Assembly: GCF_006345805.1 (NCBI RefSeq)
Contig: NC_042998.1
Coordinates: forward strand, 173,352,001 to 173,416,000
Origin: Octopus sinensis
Lineage: Eukaryota
Direction of reading: 5' to 3'
DNA: 64,000 bases
The notes beneath the pieces are model-generated. The model was given only the letters and a program-made list of their open reading frames with translations. It did not search any database and was not told the origin of the DNA. Positions 36,721 to 49,550 of the stretch are shown here, piece by piece; the first letter of the stretch is position 1, and each line of letters opens with the position of its first letter. A program made the translations under genes and the position numbers.

Positions 36721-37239
36721 CCAGTATCCTTTTTCCTTTCTTCTCAGTCTTGTCTGACGTTTCAGCCCCACTTCTAGTTTTTGGTGAGTGGAGAACCTTA
36801 ACAGTCAGAAAATATGATTTTGAAATATCCGTACAACTTACCCACTTAGAGACATTTGTATTTCTACAGTGGGCAATTTACACGATTTTTTCTAATTGCT
36901 GGTAGGTACATCGTATTTCATTATGCAACTATAGTATACTACCAAGTACGTTGAAAGCTTTTATAAGTTAATTCTGTGTCCTACCATGTTAGCAGTGCGC
37001 TTCAAGTACATTTTTAATAAGTTATGTCTATAGACTTTCTATAGAAATTAGAGCACTAAGAGTTACAACTTTTCGTATAACAAAACGTCAATGTAAATAA
37101 TATGATCGAAGATAGACAAAGAGGTAATGGGTTTATACGCATATTTCGGGAGTTCTGCTAATGCAGTAGGACAGGGTGTTGACTTACAAAGCCTTTAATA
37201 TATATGTAGTATAGTATAATTGCTTAACGAAATGCACTG

Positions 37240-37960
37240 TCCTTACGAGCAATTATCATATACATACCTGTTGCTAGGAATCATTTTAGTACGTAAAATT
37301 GGCATATGCAATTGTGTTACATTTCTAATTTTAGTGGTTATTGAAGCAATATGTTCGTGGATGGTTAATGAGTGGGATGTAATGCTGAAGAAGGAGCAAG
37401 AAATCCTGAAATATGCATATACACTCTTTACCTTATTTACCATCTTCGATCATATTCATTATGCAGGTGTATTCGTATACGAAACGTCGTAACTCTCATT
37501 GCTGGTAGTAATTTGTATAGAATATCTGTTGAGATAACTTTAAGAAAATTTATTGAATCGCACTGCTTAAACGGTAGGAAACCGTATTGAATAATAATAC
37601 TTTTAATATGCGTTTTAGTATATTATGGGTGCATAACGAAATAGAGTGTTCCTACAAGCAATTAATCGAAATACAGTGTCTCTACAAACAATTGATATAT
37701 AAGTAATTGTTGTTAGGAGTGTGTTTAATATGCAGCATTGGTATTACCGATTGCATTACACCATTAAATTTTAGTATCTAAATAAGCAATGTGTTATTGG
37801 ATAGTTAATGGGTTGGGTGTGGAAATGAAGAAGGAGCAAGAAATTCTGAAATACACACCAACATAACTTTCCTATTTTCCCATTGTTTACATAGACGTAT
37901 TCGTTTACGAAAAGTTGTAACTCTAGGAAATCTGTAGTTAACGTTAAAAAAGAAATGTTC
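37240..37960. repeat. Old direct duplication, period about 440-450 bp
   Basis: GAAGAAGGAGCAAGAAAT.CTGAAATA and GTATTCGT.TACGAAA.GT.GTAACTCT each occur twice. Confidence 0.7.
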
Positions 37961-38115
37961 TAGTTTCCTTATGCAGTTGTTGCTTTTCTTGTTTTTTTTG
38001 TCAGACTAATCTTAGCATTTTGATAATATAACTATTACTTGCTAAAGTTACAGGTATAATATTCTCCAACAGTCCCAATGTTATTACTTTGTGTTTTGCC
38101 GTTAATTCGGTTTTA

Positions 38116-38497
38116 TCTATTATATAAAATCCGTTCTGTCTGTGTGTGTGTGTCTTCTAGGATCTCGGGCATCCTCCAACCGATTGCGCTCAAATTTTAT
38201 ATGCAAATACCGACGGTATCAGGGCGTGTATAAGTCATGGAAAAAAATACAAAAATCGATTCCAGGTGAGAATGCGATCGATAAAACCGAGGGAACGTGC
38301 ATTTGTAAAATCGTTTTTCTTGGAATAGAAAAAAGTTTCTCTTTTCTTAATTTGCTTGTGTCTCAAATTTAGGTCAAATCAGTGTTTCTCGAAGGGGAGG
38401 CCTACTGGACGGTCGGACAAGTGGTTTTGAGAAAATTTGGTTTAAATGTTTGACAACTCAGCACCGTCCATTGGACGGGGTGGGGGCGTTTTGCTCG
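38116..38497 (+). mobile_element. Non-autonomous Helitron-like element
   Basis: A|TCTATTATATAAAATCCG start, CCGTCC-ATT-GGACGG hairpin at 38464-38478, CTCG|T end. Confidence 0.7.
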
Positions 38498-38585
38498 TGT
38501 ATTTATCTAATGCAATCAATAAAATAAATTCGAAAACAGTTTCATTCGTGTGTGTTGCAATTTCAAATGATTATTGGTCTCCATA

Positions 38586-39483
38586 TTCGCCCCATTTCTT
38601 TTCATCATTGTTGTTGATTATGTGCTACGTATCTCAGTTGATACCATCTCTGGCAAGGGCTTTGAAATAAAACCAAGAAGAAGTTCCAGACACCCAGCTG
38701 AGTACTTGACAGACACTGACTTTGCTGACGACATCGCTCTTATCAGTGATTCTCTCTCCAATGCCCAGTCTCTTTTACAATCTCTTGAACAAGCCTCAAA
38801 TTGTGTAGGTCTTTACGTCAATGAGGCCAAGACTGAATACATAAACAAGTGCCTGTCCAACAGTGACTGCATCATCCATACTCTCAACAATGCGCCCTTA
38901 AATATGGTTTCTGATTACAAATATCTTGGGTCATACATATCATCATCCGGAAAAGACTTTCTAACTAGAAAGGGTATGGCCTGGTCAGCCTATAATGACA
39001 TGCATAAGATCTGGTCATCAAATCTAAGTAGAGACTTCAAACTTGAAATCTTCAAAGCCACAGTCGAACCAATTCTACTATATGGCTCAGAAACCTGGAC
39101 GTTATCAAAGAAGCTTCAGAGGCGGTTGGATGGAACCTACAATCGCCTCCTTATGAGAGCTCAAAATCTCTCGTGGAAGCGCCATCCAACCAAAATGCAA
39201 ATATATGGGAAACTACCACCTGTGTCATCTCTTGTGAAAGGTAAGAGAGTCCAGTTTGCTGGACATTGTTGTAGAGCTGAAAAAGAGGTAATTTTTCCTC
39301 TTCTCCTCTGGAAGTCATCTACTCGCAATACCAGAGGGCGCACACTCTCCTACCCTGATGTAATCTCCAGGGATACAGGCATCCAGCAACAGGACCTCCG
39401 TAATGCCATGATGGACCGTGAAGTCTGGCGTAGCATGGTAAATTCCATTGTCTCGACCACGGTCGAACAATGATGATGATGAT
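38586..39483 (+). mobile_element. 5'-truncated RTE-clade LINE with open RT C-terminal frame (299-aa ORF 38574-39473) and (TGA)n tail
   Basis: APFLFIIVVDYVLR, DTDFADDIAL, YKYLGS, LLYGSETW, FAGHC; the stop codon runs into TGATGATGATGAT. Confidence 0.9.
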
Positions 39484-40567
39484 ATTTGCAGTATATGTAA
39501 TCGTGTAGTCCGTTTCATGACCGAAGCCTCTGGTTCTAATCGGATACTTCAATGACTTCGTTACTTGGAAACATTTCAGAGAGCCCTTCAACACTAAAAT
39601 ACGGACTGACATTACCCTCAGACCCTCTGGGAAAACGTTGGATTCGACCGCAACACCACCATCTTCCTGCGGCTGGATACACCTCTCTTAGTCTCCTGAA
39701 ATATAGGAGCATTCTAGATCAAATATCATGAGGATTAAACTCCTTACTGTTTTTATATACTATTTAGGCTCCCCGGCACACGACTGTAGAATTTCTAGTT
39801 CTCTTTTTCGTTGTTTCCTAGCGTTTTAGTCTTGTATTGTATCTTATTTTTGTTTTTCCATTTGTAATATTGTTGTAATTTCTCATTCAATTTCCTTATC
39901 AATTACTTTAATAAATCTGTGTACTCTCTGCAAAAATTATATCCGAGTCTTGTCAGGCTTGAAGTATCATATAACTTGTTAGCACCTTGCAGAAAAATAG
40001 TGGAGCGCCTGGGAATCTCCTTGAAACATTATTCCTATAATAGGGATGGCTTTTATTTCAGTTATTCCCTGTTATAAAATTTAATGTATGCAGAAATATT
40101 TGCCATTTATTAATAAGGTGTTTGCTGCATCTGTTTATTTTTAATGTTAGAATCCACATGAGCGAAACACTTTCAAAAGCCTTTCTACAGTCCATATCGA
40201 GCTAAAAGCTTCCCTCCCGTACTGCATTTTTTTGTTATAGATTTCTTGATCTTCCAAATTTCCTACACGTTTTCATTCCAGCATAATTATTATCTCTTTA
40301 CAGACATATGAGCATTCTAATTTTTTGCTCTTCTAAAGCTAGGCTTATTTTCAGATACTTCTTTGCCATAAGGCATAACTATAAGAAAGTAGGTGGTGTG
40401 GGGAAAAAGTTTTAGATATTGTCTTTTCTTTAGTCTTGGACCATGATGATTTTCCTCACAGTGAGCCAATTAAGTACTGCCACAAGATCAGTTAACACCA
40501 TTTGAGATATCTTTGCTAGCTTCTTACAGCTATGCATCCGTGCTCCTGAGTGTGTGTTTGTGTGTGG

Positions 40568-40601
<34 letters not shown>

Positions 40602-42299
40602 GTGTGCGTATGCATATGTGCAGCTTTGAGTTTTCTACTTTGGTTTGCCTGTAAAATCTACTTTGATTCGTTACGCGTTTTCCTTTCATTTATTACCCAT
40701 TATGTTTTAATTTTTAAAAAATCGCGTCGTCAATTAATTTATAACAGATCAGTCTCTGATTCACTACATCTTTAATGACAAAAGTAACAATGTGTGTGAA
40801 TGTATAACTTAGATCGAAAACCTGTGTTATTTTTGTTTAGAAGTATTGCTTATAACTTAGCTGGCTACTCCGCCGATATACATCGCCAAAAGATACACTC
40901 CCACTTAAATGCATATGTCTGTACGAGTGAAACATACTGCATGTCTCTGGTCAGTTTTCACACTACCATGTATAGGGCTTGTACAACCCGTAGCTATAGC
41001 AGGAGACAAGTTCATGTTATCTCGCATTGGAATAGAACAGAGAACCATGACTTTTGAAGCCAAGGACATAACGAAACATGTTGCCGACGTCATTTTAGTA
41101 TATCGTACCTATTTCTGGGCGTTTGTGTAAGCAGTTGCATGTGTTATGCAGAAATTGTATTGCGTGAATCTTGCTATTAAATAGTCTATTATGTTGAACT
41201 ACAAGTATGCGTATGAAAGCTGTTCAATAAACTTTCTTAAAGTGGTAAATCTTACAAGCTTAATGTTTTTCCTTCTTCTCAATCATCATTATCAACCTCA
41301 TCATCATTATTATCATCGTCATCATCATCATAATCATCATCGTTACTGCTTCGATTATCTTGCTACTGAGGTTTATTTTATTTTATTTATTTATTTATTT
41401 ATTTGCACACTATTTAAACTGCCTATTTCCCTTTCAAAGTATATTTTGATAGGATTTTAACTTCTTTCAGCACCATATGGTGGTCAGAATGTAACTAGAT
41501 GTATTTTAGAATCCACAGGTTCTGCTCTCTATCTAGTGTTATCTTAACCGTTTGGGATGATCATTTTCTCATTACAGTCAAGTATGCTCCAGGTTATTGT
41601 AGCCAAGATTGTTGTTGTAATATAGCCATTTTGGTTCACGTTTATGCCGCTGCTTCTACGAGATAAATAATAATTGAAGCACACCTGCCAACTCAGTTAT
41701 ATCTTTTTTATAGCAGACAGCATTGTCTGAAATTGATATTACATTCTCGTTTCGTTATTTTGATTTTATAGGTTATTTTGTTGCACTTAATCATGTGCAA
41801 CTAAAATCAAACATTTCAAATATTGTTGACTTTTACGGGCGTTTAATTTCTCTGCATCGAATATTGAAAAATAGTGTCCAAAGAGTGGATTTTAATCCTT
41901 CTGTTTTTTCATTAAAATTATTTGTTCCTTTCCTATTTTCATTTTGCGTTAGCATTTTTCGTTTTGTTTTTGGAAATCATTGCCTCTAGTTGACATTGTA
42001 TTATTTCTTTTAGTTTAGGGAATGTTGTTGTTCATGATCCATCACCACACTGATTAATTGCTATGTCTATTGCTCGAACCTAGTTACGTTTCCATTTGAT
42101 ATGTAAATCTCGTTTTTACTATGTGCAGTAAGTATAGTCTGTCTAAATGGTTTCGAAACATTTTCAATAATGTTTTTCAGATCTCTAGTCAACGTCTCTC
42201 AATCCATGCAACCTTTAACTTATAGTAAAGCTAAAAATGATTAGGATCATTTGCGTATTTATATGTATTATCTTTCTTTATTATTCGGTTCCCTTGGTA

Positions 42300-45200
42300 A
42301 TATTTTCAACACTGAATAGATTAGAATATTCTGCTAATTAATATTTGGTTGTAATTTTACAGAATTTCTTCAAGGTCTCATATTTTGCTCTTCTTAAGTA
42401 GAACACTCGAGCACAGATTTCCCTTGACGCTTCCTTCTAATGTATTTTCCTTGATGTTTAGGTTAGTTATCCTGTTGCGATAAGTGGTATTATTTTGTTT
42501 TTAATTAAGTGTATTTTTGTACTGGATATTTCTATTGTTTATTTTTCATAGGAGGTTGTGTGAACTTCATAATTTATTTTAAACTTATTCATTTATTGTT
42601 ATTATTACGTTGTACTAGCGTATTTTCTTAGTGTGTGATGAATCCTATTATATTTTTAATGTAATTTGAGGATTAAATTAAATGAGAGTGATCGTTGCGG
42701 GGTTGTTTTTTTTTGCTTCTGCTGAGCATTGTGTGAAAACTTCTACTGTGATGCTTTCATTGGTTGATGTTAGCTTCTCAGCTTTTGTGTGGTAGCTTAT
42801 ATTTTGTAAGTGGGTGGGGAAGTGTTGTTTACTCTTTTACATCCTGTGTGGAACACTTGTATAGTTTCTTCTATTTCTGTTTCGAGGAACTTATTGTTTA
42901 TCACGAACGTCTTTACACACGTTAGTAAGTTTGTATTCATTTTCGTTTTACTTTAATATTTTCTCCATGATTAACATATTTCTTTTATGCTACTCATAAA
43001 TATTTGATGTAGTAACGTTTTATCATAAGCATTGCACATTTATACTGCACATATGTGCTCTATATAGTAACATACCGAACATAAGAAGCATACAGTACTG
43101 TAATGCACTCTTCTTTGTTCTATAGTTTTCTTATAGTTTTATTTAGTAATCGCAATTGAAGTATAGGTTTTGGGTGAGGTGAGATAACATTTCATGAAAA
43201 CATCATTTAGGTATCAATCGCTACATTTACGTCATTTGGTGTTCGAATTGAACACACAAACAACATTTATCATATATACTAAATCAGCGTTTATAGCTTT
43301 AGTGCTGATTGATTCACAAATAGATGCAGTCGGTATGTTTTTACTCTTGCATTTTTTAAAAATAACATTGGAATTATTTTCAGATCTTCCATTTGGGTTT
43401 TAGTCTTAATTGTTTGTTACTGTAGATTATTTAATCAACATAGTTTGTGCATAATATACTTACAGACATACCTTAACCATCCATGATATCTTTTTTTAGT
43501 GACGCTGATATATTTATGTCTGACGGCGCACTATATTTCTGTGACATCTATTTTAGTATTCAATCCTGAACGGTTTACTTAGATCTCGTTATCAATGTCG
43601 ACAAGCGTGCTTCAGATGGTTATGGATAAATCGTTGTCATGTGCCCTAGTTGCTACATGTACTAATTTCTTATAAGATTTTACGCGGAAGCGTAGGGATC
43701 AGCCCAGTCAGTATAGCTTTGTATCTGTGAATATGTTCGAACTTGACAAAGGTTGAGTTGCTCTTTTCATATGATCAATCAATCTCTATTCTCCTTATTT
43801 GATTTTTGTTGTTGTTTGTAGCTCGGTATTGTCCTGATCAATAAAAATCAAAACTTCTGTTTTTGCTTCTCTGCTTGCTATATGATGGCCAGGAGGTAAT
43901 TTTGTTCTCTGTGTTTATCATCAATATACTTTGGAATTATGTTTTGTATTTCTATTTACTGTCTATTAACCGTATCTGCAGATTTGTATACGACTAATCT
44001 TTCTCTTTGGTGTGGTCACTTTCAGTAAAGTTTTAATGTTTTTTCGTATGAAGAGTAGATTTTATTCGGTGTTTTTTATTACATTATTTTCTTTATTACA
44101 TTATTTTCTCTTGCTTTTCAGTACTGCACTAGTCCTTGTGATCTTATATTGTAGTAGATTTTTATTTTTATCAGAACACACCCACTTTGTGTGCAGAAAA
44201 GTTATCAGCAAGTTATTTTATTGTGTTTAAAATCTCCAATTCCTTTAGTTAATGATATCGAAGCAATAGCTGAAAGCGAGACAGCTAAAGTATTTATTAA
44301 CTATTATTTCTAATTTACCCCTTTTCTGAATGCTGTATTTTTCTCAGTTTCATTAACTCCTAATTATTTGTGCGTGCATTCTGTTCGAATTCTCTGATTT
44401 GGGTGATTGTATCTAATTGAATTTTCTCAGCTTTAGTTAATTTTTCTCCTTTAGTAGCTTTGACATATTTGTCTCGTCTCACACAATTATATGTCTCGAG
44501 TGAATATATGGACAATATCCAGTTTTCCAAAATCATTATTTTCAAGTCATCTAATTAGGATACATGACATATAGCTTGTTCGTAGAAGGTATAGGCTGGT
44601 TTAATTTATTTTCTCTTCCCATTGTAATTATATTGTAGTTCAATTAGTTTTGCTCTGATATTGTAGTCTAATCATTTTTCTGCTCTGTGGAATTCTTGTA
44701 GGTATAGTTTGTTCGTATTTGTACTGTTTCACTTGTTCGGAATCTCTATACAATATTCAACAGTTTTGTATTCTATAAATTCTTTTCGGCAATCAAAGAC
44801 ATTATGATGCTTGTTTTCTTGTTTTACACTTATATAACATCTTACTTCACATTTACCTGCTATGTATATCAATACGGTTTCCTTTTTGCATCTCTTTCTA
44901 AGTGAGTAACGAGCTAATTTTTGGTTTTTAAGGTTTTCCTATCTTTGACAAACAAAGTAGAAGCCTATACATCAGGGTATTTCTGGTACTTTTAATATCA
45001 TATTCCTCTCTACCACCCAATTAGGTGATGACTTTGGCTTTCTTTTATCGTTAATGTCCGTGTAAAATATTCAATCATGGATGTTTTGCCGATTCGTTTA
45101 GATTTATTTTGGTTTCAGAATTCTGTTATGTTCTTTTTATAATTCTTTTTGTTACTCGAGTACTGTTTCCTTTGTATTTTGTATTCCGCATTCCGATAAA

Positions 45201-45700
45201 CAGGAATAGGTTATTTTTCCTCTTTATTTCTATATTTCCTTCCTACACGTGGATGGAGTTCACAGATATCTGACTCTATTTATAAAAAGTTCTGCTTTTT
45301 CCTTGATTGCTACACAACAGAGCAGATCATTCAGTCTGTTAATATTTAGGTAATTTGTTACAAGATAAAATTTCTTGCATAGCCATGTTACAATATTTGT
45401 TATTTTTAGAGCTACTTGTGTGCCAGTAGCTCAGCTGGGGTTTACGTTGATCCTTGTTAATCGATTTGTTAGGTAGTCTCCTATTTCCGTTGTTGCTTTT
45501 CTCTCCTCAATGTTCTCTCATTTTTATGCTATGATGTCGCTTTCTATGTTCTTTGTGAGGTGTGGATCTGGGAGAAAATTAATTCTGGTGAGCTGTTTAT
45601 TTCAGTATTTTTTTTTTTTGGCTACTTGGTGTACATGACTTTTAGAATGTTAAGCTTTTTTTACTTTTTTTTTCTGTTATAATGACACTTTGCTTTTTCT
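42300..45700 (-). mobile_element. Possible highly decayed LINE relic (zinc-knuckle-like and endonuclease-like traces)
   Basis: Strong T-rich strand bias and only faint peptide resemblance; clade not assignable. Confidence 0.25.
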
Positions 45701-45787
45701 ATACTGCATTCTATAGCATTTGCATTGAGTTCTGAGGGCTCGTTTATTGCCCACGACGCATTTCTATGTTGTTATGCCTTCTCATGT

Positions 45788-46113
45788 GAAGGCGCATGGC
45801 TCAGTGGTCGAGCTTACGATCGTGAGTTTGTGAGCTCGAATCCCGGAACGGGCTGCGCGTTGTGTTCTTGAGCAAGACATTTATTTCCCGTTGCTCCAGT
45901 TCACTCAGCTGTAGAAATGAGTTGCGACGTCACAGGTGCCAGGCTGTATCTGCTGTTGCCTTTCCCTTGCATAACACTGGTGGCGTGGAAAGGGGAGGCT
46001 GGTATGCATGGGCGACTGCTGATCTTCCATAAACAACTTGTCCGGACTTGTGCTTGGGAGGGTAACTTTCTAGGTGCAATCCCACGGTCAGTGTCGTGAC
46101 CGAAAGGGGTCTC
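45788..46113 (+). mobile_element. tRNA-head SINE (GAAGGCGCATGGCTCAGTGG family)
   Basis: A box TGGCTCAGTGG, B-box-like CTCGAATCCC; homologous to 20725-21005. Confidence 0.8.
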
Positions 46114-46338
46114 TGACTCAGATGCCTTCTCTACTTAAAAGGACTTTGCCTCTGTATCAAGTATTAATTATTTTCCTTATCATCACCTCAAATATACGTA
46201 CGCAACATAATTAGCCAGACATCTTAGCTTGGTCAGTAGTAGATTTATTCTTGACATATTTACACTGGCTTTAGAAATTGGGTTCTAAATTAAGTAGATT
46301 TCACTTTATATTCATTTCTTCAATTTTCTTTCATTTAC

Positions 46339-46418
46339 AGGCGTAGTAGTGGCTGTGTGGTAAGTAGCTTGCTTACGAACCACATGGTTCCAGAAACTGA
46401 AAGATGCCCGTACGCCCG

Positions 46419-46476
<58 letters not shown>

Positions 46477-46554
46477 TTATGTATATATGTATTTATGTAT
46501 ATGTATGTATGTATATATTATATGTATGTATGTATGTATATATATATATATACG

Positions 46555-46603
<49 letters not shown>

Positions 46604-46624
46604 ATATATATATGTATGCATGTA

Positions 46625-46657
<33 letters not shown>

Positions 46658-46702
46658 ATATATATATATATGTATGTATGTATATATATATATATATGTA
46701 TG

Positions 46703-46739
<37 letters not shown>

Positions 46740-47051
46740 ATTATATCAATATATATGTATATATGTATGTATGTACATATACATATATATATGTATGTAT
46801 ATATATATATGTATATATATGTGTGTGTATGTATGTATATGTGTGTATATGTTTGTGAGTCTGTGTTTGTCCCCCCCCCCCCAACATCGCTTGACATTCA
46901 ATGCTGGTGTATTTATGTCCCCGTAAAGAGACCGATAGAATAAGTACTAGGCTTACGAAGAATAAGTCCTGGGATTCGATTTGCTCGACTAAAGGCGGTG
47001 CTCCAGCATGGCCACAGTCAAATGACTGAAACAAGTAAAAGTGTAAAAGAG
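46339..47051 (+). mobile_element. SINE (30205 family) with head deletion and a microsatellite expanded to about 430 bp
   Basis: Head at 46339, (TA)/(TATG)n at 46420-46850, conserved 3' body and GTAAAA tail. Confidence 0.85.
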
Positions 47052-47372
47052 TTTCTTCGAATGTTCATTCCGACATGCAGAACTCATTTTCTATATGTAC
47101 AGGGTACATTATAATGCTGGTATGACTCTTTAATTTTTTAATGCTTTTCTTTTTCTCTCTTTTTGTCTTGTAAAATTTGGGTTGGTTATTTTTACTTATC
47201 GTGATGTCAAATTTAAGACTTTGTAGCAACCTGTGTATACACACACACATGCTGACGTTCAATTAAGGTCAGGACTTAATTTTGATATCTGCTTTACCAT
47301 TCACCCATCGCGGCGCGCGATAAGAATATCACCTGTCAATCACGGAAGTTGATATTATTAACTAACAGCCTG

Positions 47373-47880
47373 AAGGCGGCGAGCTGGCAGAAACGTTAGC
47401 ACGCTGGACGAGATTATTAGCGGTATTTCGTCTGCCGCTACGTTCTGAGTTCAAATTCCGCCGAAGTCTACTTAGCCTTTCATCCTTTCGGAGTCGATTA
47501 AATAAGTACCAGTTATGCACTGGGGTTGAATAATCGACTTAATCCGTTTATCTGTCCTTGTCTGTCCCCTCTGTGTTTAGCCTCTTGTAGGCAATAAAGA
47601 AATAAGAAACGTTAGCACGCTGGGCGAAATGCCTTGCGGTATTTCGTCTGCCGTTACGTTCTGAATTCAAATTCCACTGAGGTCGACTTTGCCTTTCATT
47701 CTTTCGGGGTCAATTAAATAAGTACCAGTTACGCACTGGGGTCGAATAATCGACTTAATCCGTTTGTCTGTCCTTGTCTGTCCCCTCTGTGTTTAGCTTC
47801 TTGTGGGTAGTAAAGAAATAGGTATTTCGTCTGTTTTATGTTCTGAGTTCAAATTCCGCCGAGTTCGACTTTGACTTTCA
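47373..47880 (+). mobile_element. Head-to-tail SINE trimer with progressively shorter 5' ends
   Basis: Units 47373-47604, 47605-47820 and 47821-47880; each junction follows AAAGAAATA. Confidence 0.85.
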
Positions 47881-47902
47881 CACACACAAACACACACATA
47901 TA

Positions 47903-48744
47903 CAGGTTGCGATGAGTAAATTGTCGGCATTTTATATTTTTGATTTCGGACAAACAAATTTGATTCTGTCGACTACACATTATTTTAAGGTCCTTTGGGC
48001 ACCGTCTGTGAGAAAAACTACACCTTGACGCCATTCACTCAGCCAGAAATTGAGAAACAAGAAGCTGTAGTGACTGGCATTCGCGGCGGAATCTTCAATA
48101 GGAACATGTCAGAGAGTTTGGGTGTCAATTTAATGACAGTGCTATACGAGGACATGCAGCGAGAGTGATAAAAAACAAACATCCAGTTAATTTCATTGTG
48201 TTTGGAGTAATCATTAGAGATGGCGACCTTCACACTCAACACGGATGCCTACATCAAGTGCCTGGAGTAGGTGCCCTGGATCAAGTGAATGGTCGCTGGA
48301 AGACCCTACGTCTGGCAACATGACTTTGCACCGTGACGCACAAGTAGGGGAATCTAATCATGGCTGTTAGATAATTTCAGCGACCACATCACCCCTAACA
48401 TCTGGCCACCTAACTCTCCAAACTCCAATCTCTTTGATTATGTCTGGGGCGCTGTTGAGCGAGAGACCAACAATACTCCTTGTAACACCAAAGATGAACT
48501 GAAGGCATGGATTATGGCAGCATTCCCCATCTTAAACAAAGAGACCGTCCAGAAGAGTTGCAGGAGATTCCAAAGTCGCCTGGAGGCCATGGTTGAAGCC
48601 AATGGCAATTTTATTAAATAAATTTACTTTTTAGTATTTCAAAATATTTTTATTTAATTTTGGTAAATATATCTATTAAAATGAAATTTCAGTGTTAGCT
48701 TCATTTTTGCGAAATTTAGTCGACTGTTTATACACCACACCCTG
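47903..48744 (+). mobile_element. Internally deleted Tc1/mariner (maT/DD37D-like) element with TA target duplication
   Basis: TA|CAGG..CCTG|TA, imperfect 24-bp TIRs, AGRPYVWQHD..IWPPNSPN relic; same family as 3352-4222. Confidence 0.85.
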
Positions 48745-48798
<54 letters not shown>

Positions 48799-48801
<3 letters not shown>

Positions 48802-48920
48802 AGAGAAATCACGAAAAAAAAAAACAAAAGACGAAGACAGGTGGTGTAGAAAACAAACAGATGTATTAGTATAACGCTCGGGAATTGAAAAAAGTATTTT
48901 ACGTTTCGAGCCTACGCTCT
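48799..48920 (-). mobile_element. Penelope-type terminal fragment with partial minimal hammerhead
   Basis: Minus strand GAGC-GTAG-GCTC-GAAA-CG-TA; the CTGANGA half is replaced by (CA)n; the 3' end abuts (TA)n. Confidence 0.5.
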
Positions 48921-48939
48921 GTGTATGTGTGTGTTTGTG

Positions 48940-48985
<46 letters not shown>

Positions 48986-49449
48986 GTGTGTACTAGTTTT
49001 CCATTCTTTATTGCTAAGTATTTTCATAGTCTTACAAAGTATATTTTGGAATAGGTTCTTTGTTCTATAAAGCCACTTACTCTTTATGTTTGTGAAAATA
49101 TAATCTTTCCAGCTTCAAGTTTTGGTAGTATGCTCTAAACGCATACAATTTTTTTTTCAGTCTAGTCTTGTTATTTTGTTTTTCCGTCCAAGTGAGAATA
49201 TTAGAAGTATAATTTATTACTAATGCCTATTACCTTATCTTTTTGGAATGAGTTCTGGTTTCAGAATTTATTTAATGCGCTTAAAATATTTCATCCTAAA
49301 CTTTCTTTCGTTTGTATATTTTCTGGTTTATTATTTCATAATTATTTTTCTATCTTTTGTCTCAGTTTCGTCAACTAGCATGTTATTAATGTTCTTATTT
49401 AATTTCTCTAATTCTCGCGTGCGCTCTTCAAAACATTTCAGGGTCATCA

Positions 49450-49550
<101 letters not shown>

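Noticed and set aside
36745-36815. Minus-strand GAAACGTC with an upstream CTCCAC/GTGGGG stem
   Set aside because: No CTGANGA at the right place.
13464-46113. tRNA genes at SINE heads
   Set aside because: A/B boxes are present but there is no complete cloverleaf, and each continues into a repeated SINE body.
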